Assembly (NCBI GenBank): GCA_965214605.1
Contig: OZ243961.1
Location: 2,176,001-2,240,000, forward strand
Reading direction: 5' to 3'
Length of the DNA stretch: 64,000 nucleotides
Source of the DNA: an uncultured Candidatus Binatia bacterium
Lineage (GTDB): Bacteria > Desulfobacterota > Binatia > Bin18
Position numbers and translations under genes: made by a program. The notes beneath the pieces were generated by a model. It ran no database searches. It was not told where the DNA came from and saw only the letters and a list, made by a program, of their open reading frames with translations. Positions within the stretch are counted from its first letter, which is position 1. The number at the start of each line of letters is the position of its first letter. Positions 9,391 through 21,074 of the stretch are shown here, piece by piece.

Positions 9391-11055
9391 TCAGATGAAC
9401 GACGGAGCCCGATACTCACCAAAGACATTCCGTAATCGGTCAGAAATCTCTCCCAGAGTGGCATACACGCGTACCGCGCCAATCAGCACCGGCATCAGAT
9501 TGCCTCCATCGCGGGCGGTCGATTCGACTTTATCCAAAGCCGCTTGGACGGCGGCCTGGTTTCGTTCGGCCCGCACTGCGGCGAGTTTTTCCTGTTGGCG
9601 CTTTTCGAGACGCAGATCGATTTTGAGCAACTCGTCACCGGACCCTTCTTCGACGGTGAAGTCGTTCACTCCGACGATAATTTGGTCCTTGCACTCAATT
9701 GCCTGGTGGGCGTGGAAAGCCGCGTCGTGAATCTCGCGCTGCTGATACCCGGCCTCAATGGCTTCGACAGCACCGCCTAGCTTATCGATATGCTCAATAT
9801 ACTCGACTGCTTGAGCTTCTAACTCGTTGGTCAGTGATTCCACGTAGTAAGAGCCGGCGAGCGGATCAATCGTATCGGCCGCGCCCGATTCATGCGCAAT
9901 GACCTGTTGGGTGCGCAGGGCAATCCGCACCGCGTCCTCGGTCGGCAGAGCTAAGGCTTCGTCTTTTGAGTTCGTATGCAAGGAGTTCGTGCCACCCAAC
10001 ACGCCGGCTAGGGCCTGAAGCGTCACCCGGATGATGTTATTGTCCGGCTGCTGAGCGGTTAAGGTAGAGCCTGCGGTTTGGGCGTGGGTGCGTAACATCC
10101 ATGAACGAGGGTTTTTGGCTCCGAAGCGTTCTTTCATAATGGTCGCCCACAGACGGCGGGCAGCCCTGAATTTGGCCACTTCCTCAAAGATATTGTTATG
10201 TACGTTAAAGAAAAAAGATAAGCGCCCGGCAAATGTATCTACGTCTAAGTCGACCGACAGCGCGGCATCGACATAGGCAATGGCATCGGCTAGGGTAAAG
10301 GCAATTTCCTGGGCGGCGGTCGAACCGGCCTCACGGATGTGGTACCCTGAGATGGAGATCGTATTCCAGTTCGGAACATGATCGGCGCAGAAGGCAAAAA
10401 TGTCCGTGATAATCCGTAGCGACGGACCCGGTGGATAGATATACGTCCCCCGGGCAATATACTCTTTGAGCAGATCATTCTGGACTGTTCCGTTGACCTT
10501 GTCCCAGGCGACACCCTGTTTTTCGGCTACGACCAGGTAGAGGGCCAGCAGAATGGCCGCGGTCGAGTTAATCGTCATCGCCGTGCTGACCTTATCAAGC
10601 GGAATGTCGTTCAGCAGGGTTTCCATATCGGCCAGCGAATCAATCGCCACTCCAGCTCGACCGACCTCGCCGGCGGCCAGCACATGGTCTGAATCGCGAC
10701 CCATTTGAGTCGGTAGATCAAAGGCGACCGATAAGCCAGTCTGGCCTTGGTCCAACAAATAGCGATAGCGCTCGTTCGACTTTTCAGCCGTGCCAAAGCC
10801 GGCGTACTGGCGCATGGTCCAGAACCGTCCACGATACATGGTCGGCTGAACGCCACGGGTGAAAGGGTATTGGCCTGGAAAGCCGAGGGCCTCCTGGTAG
10901 TTGTGAGCGGCCGTATCAGCAGCGGTATACAACCGTTTGATGGGAACGCCGGACGAGGTCTGGAAGGTGCCTTTGCGTTCCGGTGCTCTGGACAGGGCTT
11001 TTTTCAGTGTCGAATCTTCCCATTCTTGGTATGCCTTAGCAAGGGGTGTACTCAT
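9391..11055 (-). CDS. Methylmalonyl-CoA mutase family, substrate-binding large subunit
   Basis: [57 protein letters not shown]; no B12-binding domain. Confidence 0.93.
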   Translation of the reverse strand: MSTPLAKAYQEWEDSTLKKALSRAPERKGTFQTSSGVPIKRLYTAADTAAHNYQEALGFPGQYPFTRGVQPTMYRGRFWTMRQYAGFGTAEKSNERYRYLLDQGQTGLSVAFDLPTQMGRDSDHVLAAGEVGRAGVAIDSLADMETLLNDIPLDKVSTAMTINSTAAILLALYLVVAEKQGVAWDKVNGTVQNDLLKEYIARGTYIYPPGPSLRIITDIFAFCADHVPNWNTISISGYHIREAGSTAAQEIAFTLADAIAYVDAALSVDLDVDTFAGRLSFFFNVHNNIFEEVAKFRAARRLWATIMKERFGAKNPRSWMLRTHAQTAGSTLTAQQPDNNIIRVTLQALAGVLGGTNSLHTNSKDEALALPTEDAVRIALRTQQVIAHESGAADTIDPLAGSYYVESLTNELEAQAVEYIEHIDKLGGAVEAIEAGYQQREIHDAAFHAHQAIECKDQIIVGVNDFTVEEGSGDELLKIDLRLEKRQQEKLAAVRAERNQAAVQAALDKVESTARDGGNLMPVLIGAVRVYATLGEISDRLRNVFGEYRAPSFI

Positions 11056-11155
11056 AGTGCCTCTCACATGCGACGAAAGGGGGGAGGTTTTCCACCTACC
11101 CATCCTCAAATTGGCGCGCCTCTTGCCTACCCCAAATCTTGCACCGAGACAAGTG

Positions 11156-11539
11156 TCAGGATGAGGCGGACGATGCCTGAAAACTCACCCGGAGCAGCGT
11201 GGTGGACGCTTGGGGAGCGGTGTTTTCTTCTGCAGAGTAGATTGTTCCGAGTGCGGTCAGCTTATCCCGCAGTTCGGACAGAAGTGGGGTCGGCAGGGAG
11301 ATAACGAGGAGACCGTCTTGGGCTTTGACCAGCACAACGCCGGCCATCTGGGTCACCGTCGCCTTGGCTCGGGAGTGCAGGGCAACCGGGTCGCTTCCAG
11401 ACAGCTGCCAGCTGCGCGTTTGAATAATGCTTGAGCTGCCCTCAGGATAGACCGACTCCTCGGCCCAGCTAAAAGCGCCGGCCGTCAGAATGTCTATGGT
11501 CAAGCAGAGATAGATAAACGTTTGGAACAATGCACACAT
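11156..11539 (-). CDS. Hypothetical exported protein
   Basis: GGAG RBS, hydrophobic N-terminus ending in AFSWA. Confidence 0.55.
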   Translation of the reverse strand: MCALFQTFIYLCLTIDILTAGAFSWAEESVYPEGSSSIIQTRSWQLSGSDPVALHSRAKATVTQMAGVVLVKAQDGLLVISLPTPLLSELRDKLTALGTIYSAEENTAPQASTTLLRVSFQASSASS

Positions 11540-12224
11540 GTCAAGCTCCTATCCAAAATTCACGCCAATATATAATTGGCGGGCACCGTCGCGTCCAGTT
11601 TTTCTGCAGCACGGCGGCGCCCCCCAGTTCTCGTCCAAGACCAGCAGCGTGGGGCTCAGATACTGAACCCTACGCTGGGTGAGTTCCGGAAACCCATAGC
11701 CGACCATGGCCAGATTCAACCTATGTCCGCAGGCGGTCTCGCGCACCCCGAGAGTCAAGCATTGAACTTTTCCGCTCCCTCGAACGTTCGAGTAGTCTTG
11801 AGAATGACACTCGCGGTCTGCTCGGGGAAGCGACAACATCCCGACCGATTCTGCCCGCCAATAGGCCGGGCCGATCCAGCCAATGGAGGCCAACAGCATA
11901 GGCGGCGGGAGCGGCTTATAGGCATCAATCACAAACGGAAACCCCACCCGACCAGACTCCGTCCGGTCGGTTTGTAGGCTCTGTCCTTCAATCCCGCCTC
12001 CACGCGCTTCGTCCATCAGCAAACACACCGCCTCACCACGAACCAGAGACGGATGGAGGCGACAGCGGACTCTGACCGGTCAACATCGGCAGGTGGAATC
12101 GTACGGGGACCAGTCAGCGGGTCGTTCGACAGGCGTATGCCTGAGCGGAGAATCTGCATAACCTCGGTCAGAGCCGATCTGGAGTCCGGCACCTCGACCC
12201 GCGGGGGCGGCATGGGAATCTCCT

Positions 12225-14057
12225 CTAAGCGCTCACTCGGCTGCTCAAAGAGTCTGAAGAGGAGTCCGGAAAGGGGTAGTTCCGCTCAAGTTGCTTGATA
12301 ATATCCCCGACCACCCCCAGGAGGCTTGGCATGTCGCCCTCAGCCGTCCCCAGTGCAAAACGCACCTGCTCACACACGGCGAGGACCTCAGCGATCCGCT
12401 GCACACAGTCGGTCGACACCCCACGCGCAGCAACTGTCTGAACCTCAATCCGGCCCGGCGGTAGATCAAGCTTGGCCGCTAGGTATTCTTGCAGGGTGCG
12501 CGACACCAGCTCATAAAACGCGGCTGGGTCGGGCTGGGCAAGCGTCTTCTCAGCCGCCCTCAGCTCGTGGCGCGCCCGCTTCCCGGCCCGCGCAAAACGC
12601 GCGTAGCGAGCATCCCCTCTGAGACGCCGACGATGGCGGTCGTACCATACGGCCGCGCCAAACAGGCCGAGCGGCACGATATGCCACAGCAAAAAAGCCG
12701 GACTCCGATACCAGACCCGACTGCGGCTGTGTAAGGAGCCAGGCTCGTCTTTAATATACAGAATATCCTGCCCTAGCTGTTCCGTTTGAGCTGACAGCCC
12801 GCCCACTACGCCACCCTGCTGTTGATCGTTGGGTGCGGGACGCAGCGAGAGACCAATCGGTTCGCTAGTGAGTGTCCGGTATTGGGTTGCCTCGGGATCA
12901 AAATAGCTAAAGTGAACTTCTGGAATAGCTTCAAGTGTCTCGTCCTGGGGAATGAGGACCTGCTCAAAGACCGTCGTATCTAGGGCGGATTGATCCATCT
13001 GGGGGGTATAGATCCGAAAACCGTCGGTCTTGACCAAACTCGGCGGTTGGGCGTCGGTCACTTTCCCGTTGCCACTCAGAAGCATGCGCAGGGTAATCGG
13101 GTCGCCAACCTGCAACTGGGTTGGCGCGGCCGTCACATCCATCCTGAACTGTCCAACCACTCCGGAAAACGTGGCTGGTCGGCCATCTTCCGGCAAGGCG
13201 GCAACACGCAGGCTGAGCGTGTTGGAGCGCAGCGTCCGGGGCCAGCGCTCTGTCCCAAAAAAGGAATCGGAAAAAAACCGATCAAACAGATCACGCGAGC
13301 CGTGTGGAGCCCGGCGTATCACGCTCAGTTGGAGCGAGGCCGGACCCAGTTCAATCGTGCCCGCGCGGAGTGGCATGAGCGTCGTCCGAAAGCGCAAGAG
13401 CCGAAACAGCTCGCCCTGGACAGGGTGCCGTTGTCTGACTGGCTCCTCAAATGGCTCAAGCGACACACCGTCTCCGGTCAGAAGCGGATACTGGGCATCG
13501 GCAACGCGCACGCTGCCAACGTATAAGATTACCTCAAGTGGGATGCTCTGGTGCAGAAAGACCTCGTGCTTGGGAGTACTGATCTCAAGCCATATATCCT
13601 CCCCCCTACGGTTTGACTGATTGCTCAGGTCCTGATCTGGTGAGGGCGGTCTGGCGACCGGGCGGCCAGAACGAATATCGACCTCGACTGTTCCCGTCTG
13701 ATACTCCCGCCCCTGGTGTTCGAGGCGAAACGGCCCCAGTGTGAAACGACCCTCTTTGCGCGCCCGCAGCGTGTAGCGATGCCGTACCGAGGCGCTATAC
13801 TGATTGTTGACAATCGACATCTGGGTTGAGGGACCGACATAGCTGGTATCGAACCCGTCGAGCCCGCTCAGCGCGGGCGGCTCAACGTCTTGCGCGCCCT
13901 GGACCTCAATCACTAGCGTCAGTGGCTCTCCCAGCTCGGCCTGTCGGGGTGTAATTTCTACCTCAACCCGAATATCCGCTCGCACCCACGAGACTCCCAG
14001 GCCGAGCAGTAGGACGACCAGCCAGACTCCAGCCGTCCATCGAGTGTGGTTACCCAT
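12225..14057 (-). CDS. batD: BatD-like protein
   Basis: Signal peptide, repeated Ig-like units, FSGVVGQF, FSYFDP, C-terminal TM; operon position. Confidence 0.85.
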   Translation of the reverse strand: MGNHTRWTAGVWLVVLLLGLGVSWVRADIRVEVEITPRQAELGEPLTLVIEVQGAQDVEPPALSGLDGFDTSYVGPSTQMSIVNNQYSASVRHRYTLRARKEGRFTLGPFRLEHQGREYQTGTVEVDIRSGRPVARPPSPDQDLSNQSNRRGEDIWLEISTPKHEVFLHQSIPLEVILYVGSVRVADAQYPLLTGDGVSLEPFEEPVRQRHPVQGELFRLLRFRTTLMPLRAGTIELGPASLQLSVIRRAPHGSRDLFDRFFSDSFFGTERWPRTLRSNTLSLRVAALPEDGRPATFSGVVGQFRMDVTAAPTQLQVGDPITLRMLLSGNGKVTDAQPPSLVKTDGFRIYTPQMDQSALDTTVFEQVLIPQDETLEAIPEVHFSYFDPEATQYRTLTSEPIGLSLRPAPNDQQQGGVVGGLSAQTEQLGQDILYIKDEPGSLHSRSRVWYRSPAFLLWHIVPLGLFGAAVWYDRHRRRLRGDARYARFARAGKRARHELRAAEKTLAQPDPAAFYELVSRTLQEYLAAKLDLPPGRIEVQTVAARGVSTDCVQRIAEVLAVCEQVRFALGTAEGDMPSLLGVVGDIIKQLERNYPFPDSSSDSLSSRVSA

Positions 14058-14935
14058 TACCAATCCTCCAAAGGCTCGGTCACAACTCCATCCTGCGCTT
14101 GACGGATAAATTCCTCGGCACGCAGCTCTTCGCTTTTTGCAGTGTCGATCAGGGCCGAGGCTTCCTCTTCCGACATGTCAGACTCGTCCGACTGCTGCGG
14201 CGCGCTGCTGCGGCTCTGCTCCCGCCCGGGGGCGGGTTCTTGACGACGGTCGATCAGGGCCGACGGCTGGTCTTGCCGTTGGTCTTGATTGTCGGGCTGG
14301 GCAGGCTGCCTCTCGGGCTGGTGGTGGCCCTGATTCGGCTGTGGCCGGCCGGGCTGGTGGTATTGCAGCTGATTCTGCTGCTGCATCTGGTCTTTGAGCT
14401 GTTCAATTTTTTTGGCCACCACCTCATAGTTGAACTTGGCGTCCTCGTCACTGGGATTAAGGCCGAGCGCCCGGCGATAGGCGCTCAAAGCCGAGGTGTA
14501 GGCTTTGAGCGCGGCCTGGGGCTGAGCGGCTTCCGTCGCCGCTCCAATTTGATACTGAGTATTGCCTAGATTATAGGCCGTCCGGGCGGCGCGGGGCGGC
14601 GCGTCATCCTGGCTGGGCACTCGGGCAAAAGAGGACAGGGCCGCGTCGTAGTTGCCGGCTTTGTAATGTGCAGCCCCCATATTGAAGTTGACCAAGGGAG
14701 AGTCTGGATCATCGACCAAGAGTTCACCGTAACGCGTCAACGCCTCCTCGAACTGTCCGGCCTGAAACAAACGGTTGCCCTCTTCCAGCGCGTCACGTAC
14801 CGGGTCGAGCCAGGCTATGTTACCGACCGCCAGGAGCACAACAAGGGCGTGGGTCACGCCCCTCAGCCCGAGAGCGTATCCGGCGTGTCTCTTCATGTAT
14901 GGCTGCACTTCAGTCTCCTTGGGCGGGCGAACCAC
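14057..14935 (-). CDS. batC: BatC-like TPR protein with Gln-rich tail
   Basis: TPR motifs (FNMGAAHY, YNLGNTQY, ALGLNPSDEDAKFNYE), Q-rich linker, terminal EDW. Confidence 0.8.
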   Translation of the reverse strand: MVRPPKETEVQPYMKRHAGYALGLRGVTHALVVLLAVGNIAWLDPVRDALEEGNRLFQAGQFEEALTRYGELLVDDPDSPLVNFNMGAAHYKAGNYDAALSSFARVPSQDDAPPRAARTAYNLGNTQYQIGAATEAAQPQAALKAYTSALSAYRRALGLNPSDEDAKFNYEVVAKKIEQLKDQMQQQNQLQYHQPGRPQPNQGHHQPERQPAQPDNQDQRQDQPSALIDRRQEPAPGREQSRSSAPQQSDESDMSEEEASALIDTAKSEELRAEEFIRQAQDGVVTEPLEDW

Positions 14936-15953
14936 GGCGACTCACTCCGGGTCTGACTAGAGGGAGCACGGCTTCGAGTCCGAGCAGCACCAAGGCACCG
15001 AATAGCGGCCACTGAAAACGCTGCTGAAAGCGTCGCTCCACGGTACTTGCAAACGCACGCCCTTCGAGGCGATCGACATAACGTCGATACACCTCATCCA
15101 AGCCCAAATTTTGGCTGGCAGCATAAATGTATGCCCCGCCGGTCGTAATGGCTATATCCTGCAGACCCTTGGCATTAAGGCGCGATTTTACAATCCGACC
15201 GTGGCGATCTTTCAAAAACGAGGACTGCCCGTCCTCGCTCACTGCGATCAGCTCTCCTTCTAGAGTACCAATCCCAATCGTATAAATCCGAATCCCCTTG
15301 TCACGCGCCTGTTGGGCGGCAAGCTCGACTCGACCCTCATGATCCTCACCATCTGTTATAATCAGGAGCACGGCGTCCTCGCCGTAGCGGCCCTCAAAGG
15401 CCTCAATTCCGGTCTGAATAGCGGCCGCCAGCGAGGTCCCGCCTTGCGGAATAATCCCGACCTCAAGGGCGTGTAAATTTTCGGCAAACGCCCCATAGTC
15501 CAGGGTCAGGGGGCATTGCACAAAGCCCGAACCAGCAAAGGGCACCAGACCAACCCGATCACCGCGCAGCTGTTGGAGCAGATCCTGGACCGCCAACTTG
15601 GCACGCGCCAGCCGGTTGGGTTTGATATCCTCGGCCAACATGCTGCGGGAAGTGTCGAATGCAATCACAATATCCACCCCGCGTCGCTCAAGGGTTTCCC
15701 AGTAAAACCCCCATTGCGGGCCGGCCAGGGTGACGAGCAGTAGGAACACGACCCCAAGTATCAGACCGGCCCGCCACAGCTGGCGACGATTATCTAGGCT
15801 GGGGGAAAGATCCGGCACTATGGTCTCTAACAGGTGGGCCTGGGCAAAACGCAGTAGCGCACGGCGGCGTTGGAGCAACGCCCACCACAGGCCCGCGCCG
15901 AGCAGTGGCACGAGCGTCAGTAACCATAAAAAATGCGGCGCGCGCCAGTTCAT
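14910..15953 (-). CDS. batB: VWA domain protein BatB
   Basis: MIDAS DTSRSMLAED, PLTLD, ITDGEDH. Confidence 0.88.
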   Translation of the reverse strand: MNWRAPHFLWLLTLVPLLGAGLWWALLQRRRALLRFAQAHLLETIVPDLSPSLDNRRQLWRAGLILGVVFLLLVTLAGPQWGFYWETLERRGVDIVIAFDTSRSMLAEDIKPNRLARAKLAVQDLLQQLRGDRVGLVPFAGSGFVQCPLTLDYGAFAENLHALEVGIIPQGGTSLAAAIQTGIEAFEGRYGEDAVLLIITDGEDHEGRVELAAQQARDKGIRIYTIGIGTLEGELIAVSEDGQSSFLKDRHGRIVKSRLNAKGLQDIAITTGGAYIYAASQNLGLDEVYRRYVDRLEGRAFASTVERRFQQRFQWPLFGALVLLGLEAVLPLVRPGVSRRGSPAQGD

Positions 15954-16948
15954 CAGGGCAGCTTTCGTAACAGGCTATGCCGCAGGCCAAGCTCAAGGCC
16001 GAGCAGCATCACGGCCGGGGCCACTAGCCAGGGGTAGAGTTCGTCATAGTCAAGGTAACGGGGGACGTCAAACTCGGAGCGTTCGAGCTGATCGATCGTC
16101 TGGTAGATGTCTTTGAGGCTCGCGGTGTCGGTCGCTCGGAAATACTGGCCCTCGGTCGTATCGGCAATCTGGCGTAAGGTCCGCTCGTCGATATCAACCT
16201 GGATAGGACGGTAGACGAGATTCCCAAAGGCATCTCGGGTCGGATACGGAGCCATACCCTGCGTACCGGCTCCGATGGTATAGACTTTGACGCCGAGCGC
16301 GCGAGCAGCTTCGGCCGCGGTCAGTGGAGAGATTTTCCCGGCGTTGTTCTGGCCATCGGTCAACAAAATAACCACCGCACTCTTAGCCGCCGAATGTTCG
16401 AGACGACCGATCGCGGCTGCCAGGGCCGAGCCGATCGCCGTGCCATCTTCAATCATACCGATCCGAGTCCGCTCAAGATTCTGCAATAGCCAGCCGTGGT
16501 CCAGAGTCAGCGGACACTGGGTATAGGGCCGGGCGCTGAACAAGACCAGGCCAATCCGGTCATCCGGGCGCTCGGTCACAAAATCCCTTACCACCGACTT
16601 GACTACGTCGAGTCGACTGGCGCGACGTCCCTCCAGACGAAAATCCTCAGATCGCATGCTCCCCGAGATGTCGACACTCAGCACGATATCGATTCCGGCC
16701 CCGACATGTCGACTCTCGGCTTTGCCGAGCTGGGGTCGGGCCAAGGCCAGGCTCAGCAGGACGAGCACCAGGCCACGCGTGACCGGCAATACCCAGCGCC
16801 AGCGCTGGCGGCTGCCCAGGGGCAGGCTACGGAGCAGGCCGAGACTCGGATAGCGAACGGCCGCTTGGTAGATTCCCCGGCGGCGCCAGGCAACGATGAG
16901 GGGGAGCAGGGCCAGCAGAACCAGGGCCCATGGATCATGGAAGCGCAT
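15953..16948 (-). CDS. batA: VWA domain protein BatA
   Basis: ALARPQ, DISGSM, GTAIGSAL, LLTDGQNNAG, GQYFRAT. Confidence 0.9.
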   Translation of the reverse strand: MRFHDPWALVLLALLPLIVAWRRRGIYQAAVRYPSLGLLRSLPLGSRQRWRWVLPVTRGLVLVLLSLALARPQLGKAESRHVGAGIDIVLSVDISGSMRSEDFRLEGRRASRLDVVKSVVRDFVTERPDDRIGLVLFSARPYTQCPLTLDHGWLLQNLERTRIGMIEDGTAIGSALAAAIGRLEHSAAKSAVVILLTDGQNNAGKISPLTAAEAARALGVKVYTIGAGTQGMAPYPTRDAFGNLVYRPIQVDIDERTLRQIADTTEGQYFRATDTASLKDIYQTIDQLERSEFDVPRYLDYDELYPWLVAPAVMLLGLELGLRHSLLRKLP

Positions 16949-18008
16949 CCGACGCCTCGGTCGCGGCTGCCACAGGGGGGTGAGCGGTCTGATCCTGCGG
17001 GTTTTGCTGATTTTGATAATCTTGGCGGGGGCGGGTCTCTTCGATAAAATGCCGGGCGGCCTGGTAGGCGGCTTCGCTTTCGTCTAACCCCGGACGGTGC
17101 CGGGCAAATTTCACCAAATCGGCCCGGGATAAAAACTCAGCCAACCGGCCCTGCTGCGCGGCGCTGAGTTGGCTGTCACGGGCGGCGGCAGACAGGAACT
17201 CTTCGCTTGTCATTTCTGGCGCTCGGATCCTGAAGCCATCTTCCAGGTACTCCCGCACAATGGCGGACAAGCTCACGTAATACATCTCAAACTGCTCCTT
17301 TTCAATCAAGCCCCGGGCACGTAATCGGCGCAGAGCTTCTAAAGCCACCTGATAGGCATCAGGAGCGGGCGAGGCTACTGCCGGGGAGGGACGCCTGAGA
17401 TAAAAAAACAGCCCGCCGCCGAATCCGGCCAGAACCAAGACAGCAAGCGCCACCAGTCCGTATGGTCGCCAATCAAAGGGCGGGACTTCTGGGGGCTTGA
17501 TATCCCGGATCGTCGTATTTTGGTCGGCTTGGGCCAGCAGACTCATAACCGTGATCAAGACATCATTGCCGTCAATCCGATGATACTGCTCCTGAGTGGA
17601 CTGCCGATAGCGGACTGTCGGACCGGGCAGCAGGTATTGGCCAGTCTGAAAAATAGTCAGCCGAAACCACCGACTCGTCACCACCCGGTCGACTTCGGTC
17701 CGGAGCGGCAGATCACCAAAATCAAGAACTGTAAAATCTCCCAGTTGCTTGCCCAGCAGCGGGATTTCGACCTCAACGCCGGCCGGAGCTGTCACGCTGA
17801 TAGTATAGTGGATACGATCACCAATCGTCACCTCGTCCCGATCGACGCTGGCGCTGACGGTCACGACTGGAACCTCAGCCTGCTCAGCCGCGGCCGGGCC
17901 AAGTACTGATCCCCAGACAGACAAGAGAAGCAGGCCGAACAAGAATACACGGTTACCCAAACGGAACCACGCCTCTTGCCTCCTGTCTTTCCACGGTCTC
18001 AGCTTCAC
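16935..18008 (-). CDS. Bat-operon membrane protein (Ig-like domain, TM, C-terminal helical domain)
   Basis: IRDIKPP before the TM segment, APEMTSEE, ADLVKFA; conserved position between DUF58 and batA. Confidence 0.75.
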   Translation of the reverse strand: MKLRPWKDRRQEAWFRLGNRVFLFGLLLLSVWGSVLGPAAAEQAEVPVVTVSASVDRDEVTIGDRIHYTISVTAPAGVEVEIPLLGKQLGDFTVLDFGDLPLRTEVDRVVTSRWFRLTIFQTGQYLLPGPTVRYRQSTQEQYHRIDGNDVLITVMSLLAQADQNTTIRDIKPPEVPPFDWRPYGLVALAVLVLAGFGGGLFFYLRRPSPAVASPAPDAYQVALEALRRLRARGLIEKEQFEMYYVSLSAIVREYLEDGFRIRAPEMTSEEFLSAAARDSQLSAAQQGRLAEFLSRADLVKFARHRPGLDESEAAYQAARHFIEETRPRQDYQNQQNPQDQTAHPPVAAATEASDALP

Positions 18009-18021
18009 CTATCCCTCATCA

Positions 18022-18897
18022 CTAGTGGCGCTGCTCACGCAGACTAAAGAAGCGCAGCAGCGCCTCAACATACGGGCGGTCTGTGCGAACGGCGATCGTA
18101 TCAATATCCACACCACGCAGCAGATGGGCGCGTTGGCGTCTGGCTTCCTCAGCCCGCTGCTCAAACGCCTGACGGACGCGCTGACTCCCCGTATCAACCG
18201 TCAGCCGCTCACCGGTCTCGGCGTCCTGAAAGACCATCAGACCAACGTCCGGCAGCGCCCACTCGCGCGGATCGTCCAGCACCACCCCGATTACATCATG
18301 GCGGCGATTGGCGATCTTGAGCGCCGGACCGGCCCCGACGTCCAGAAAATCGGAAATCAAAAACACTATCCCACGCCTTTTGCTGACATGATTGAGGTGC
18401 TCAAGCGCGGCGGCAATATTCGTGCCCGTTTGTTGGGCCCGAAAAGATAAGACCTCACGAATGACGCGCAGGACATGGCGGGTGCCCTTCTTCGGCGCCA
18501 GGCTCAGCTCAACCCGGTCACTAAAAATTACCAGGCCAACCTTGTCATTATTGCTGATTGCCGAAAAGGCAAACAAGGCCGCCATCTCGGCCGCCATCTC
18601 ACTCTTGAGCTGAGAGACCGTACCAAACCGGGTCGAAGCGCTGGCATCGACCACAAGCATCACCGTCAGCTCGCGCTCTTCGATAAAGCGTTTGACGTGC
18701 GGTATCCCAGTCCGGGCGGTAACATTCCAGTCGATCGCCCGGATGTCATCGCCCGGTAGATAGTGGCGAACTTCGGAAAACTCCATGCCCTGGCCTTTAA
18801 ACGCGCTCTGGTACTGGCCAGCAAACAGATCGCTGACTAAGTGGCTCGTCCGCACATGGATCTTGCGAACGGTTTTGAGCTGTTCGGCACTCAGCAT
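18022..18897 (-). CDS. DUF58 protein
   Basis: GQGMEFSEVRHYLPGDDIRAIDWNVTAR, ISDF. Confidence 0.92.
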   Translation of the reverse strand: MLSAEQLKTVRKIHVRTSHLVSDLFAGQYQSAFKGQGMEFSEVRHYLPGDDIRAIDWNVTARTGIPHVKRFIEERELTVMLVVDASASTRFGTVSQLKSEMAAEMAALFAFSAISNNDKVGLVIFSDRVELSLAPKKGTRHVLRVIREVLSFRAQQTGTNIAAALEHLNHVSKRRGIVFLISDFLDVGAGPALKIANRRHDVIGVVLDDPREWALPDVGLMVFQDAETGERLTVDTGSQRVRQAFEQRAEEARRQRAHLLRGVDIDTIAVRTDRPYVEALLRFFSLREQRH

Positions 18898-18932
18898 GAC
18901 AGCCCTGTTCGATCTTCGCCCGCGTGTCTGTC

Positions 18933-19956
18933 CTAGGGCACGGGCACGCCGTCCAAAATGCGCTCTACAATGCGATCCGAGCTAATGTCTTCGGCCTCGG
19001 CCTCATAGGTCACAATTACTCGGTGGCGCAACACATCCGGGGCGAGCGATTTCACGTCTTGAGGGGTTACATAGCCACGCCCATTCAACAGGGCGTGGGC
19101 CTTGGCGGCAAGCGTCAGATACAGAGTCGCTCGTGGCGATGCGCCGTACTGAATGAAACGTTGCAAGTCGAGCTTATAGGCAGTCGGTTCCCGAGTGGCA
19201 AAGACCAGGTCAAGAATATAGTCCTTGATCTTGTTGTCGAGGTAGATGTGATCGACCAAACGCCGCAGCCGGATGACATCATCCATCTTGAGCACGGTCC
19301 GAGCGCCAGGATGGTCTGCGGTTGAGGCCATCAAATCCAGAATGTGGCGTTCTTCCTCTTTTGACGGATAGCTGACCCATACTTTCAACATAAAGCGATC
19401 GACCTGGGCCTCGGGCAACGGGTAGGTGCCTTCTTGTTCGATCGGATTTTGGGTCGCCAAGACCAGAAATGGCGTGGGCAGCGGGTAGGTTTCTTCACCG
19501 ATGGTCACCTGTCGTTCCTGCATAGCTTCGAGCAAGGCACTCTGCACCTTTGCTGGCGCGCGGTTGATTTCGTCGGCCAGCACAATATTGGCAAAAATGG
19601 GGCCTTTCTTAGTGGTAAAGCTACCGTCGCGCGGACTGTACACCAACGTCCCGATCAAATCGGCCGGCAGCAGATCTGGGGTGAATTGCAGCCGCTGGAA
19701 GCTGGCGCTCAAAGTCTGGGCCAGGGTCTTGACCGACAGGGTCTTGGCTAATCCCGGCACGCCTTCGAGCAGAACGTGGCCGTTAGCTAACAGCCCGATC
19801 AGAAGCCGATCGATAAGCACGTGTTGGCCAACGATTACCCGACCGATTTCTTCCCGCAAACGGGTGAGCGTGGGCGCTTGGGCATGCACCTGCTCGTTGA
19901 GTGCGGTAATGCCAACCGCCCCTTGTGTCTGTTCGACAGCCCGATCATCATCCATA
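18933..19956 (-). CDS. moxR: MoxR family AAA+ ATPase
   Basis: LEGVPGLAKT, QFTPDLLPAD, LADEINRAPAKVQSALLEAM, ATQNPIEQEGTYPLPEAQ. Confidence 0.95.
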
Positions 19957-20419
19957 GCGTGTGACGTTCCTCTGCTCACTGACCAGTCTTCGACCGTTCC
20001 ATGCCGCACCGCGCGGACGGAACCAACATGGAATTTCTGTATGTTCCGCCCTCATCCTCGGCCCTCCGCCCGCCCGTCTTGTGCCGGATAATGGACAGAA
20101 AAGTGTCCACGAGCAGGGGGCGCGACAGGCTTTTCAATAATGCCTGAACGACCGTATCTCAACCAAATTAAGGGATGTATGCCCATTCTTCAATCTCCTT
20201 GGTCACGAGGAGCCGCTCGCCTATGCGTTATCCGGCAAAGTGGCCCATCCTCTCTTTCTCTTGTGAGGGGCGGGATGAACCATTTTGTCTTACTAGCCGC
20301 TCTGTGCTTGGGTTGGGTCCTGCTGGGGAACGTCTTTCCAGGCACAGGCGGCAAAGGTACAGATAAAACTCCTGTTCTTTTCCTAGTAAGATCGCTCCCT
20401 GGGCATGATCGGTTGTCGA

Positions 20420-20900
20420 GAGTGCTCAACAGGTAAAAGGCCCGCCCTCGTCAATATTTCGACCAAACACAAACCCGAGCCACGTTCTCAACGTCGGCGT
20501 CCGTTTCTCCCTCTCCCCCGCCCATTTGGCCTGGGCGCTCCGTTCGAAGCATCTCTTCGGCGGTTTGGTCCCAGATTGCCCGTCCCCAGGCGAACAACGC
20601 AGCGTGAGGTCTGGTCTTATTATCAGCCAGAACGGCTCTATCGCCACCAACAATCACGTCATCGACGGGACAGAGACCATCATCGTCCGTATGTCTGATG
20701 AGGAAGAGTATGAAGCCACAAAGATCGGGGCAGACGAATGAAGGATGATTCAAGTCGTCACCCCAGACCGGCAGAACCAAAGGCACCCTGGGTACCGAGG
20801 TGACACATAACAGTCCGGCCCACAGAGTGAGCCTAGAGCGGGGAGATATTATTATCGCCTCTCACGAGACCGAGATTGCCGCTTCGCGTGCACAGACCCC
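20420..20900 (+). pseudogene. Degenerate HtrA/DegP serine protease
   Basis: PALVNIST...; RSVRSGLIISQNGSIATNNHVI...EYEATKIGAD then a stop; frameshifts and a large deletion. Confidence 0.75.
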
Positions 20901-21074
20901 GGTTGGCGGACAAAAGTCGGCGTCTTACGCTCTGAGTGAACTTAAGGACGAGCCGCAGACCCCAATAGCCACCTGCTGAGATTGGACGATGTCGCTCCCC
21001 CCGATCGGCCATAACCCAACAACTCTGGATCAGAACTTCCCGGTATTGTGTAGCATCGAACCGGATACGGAACT

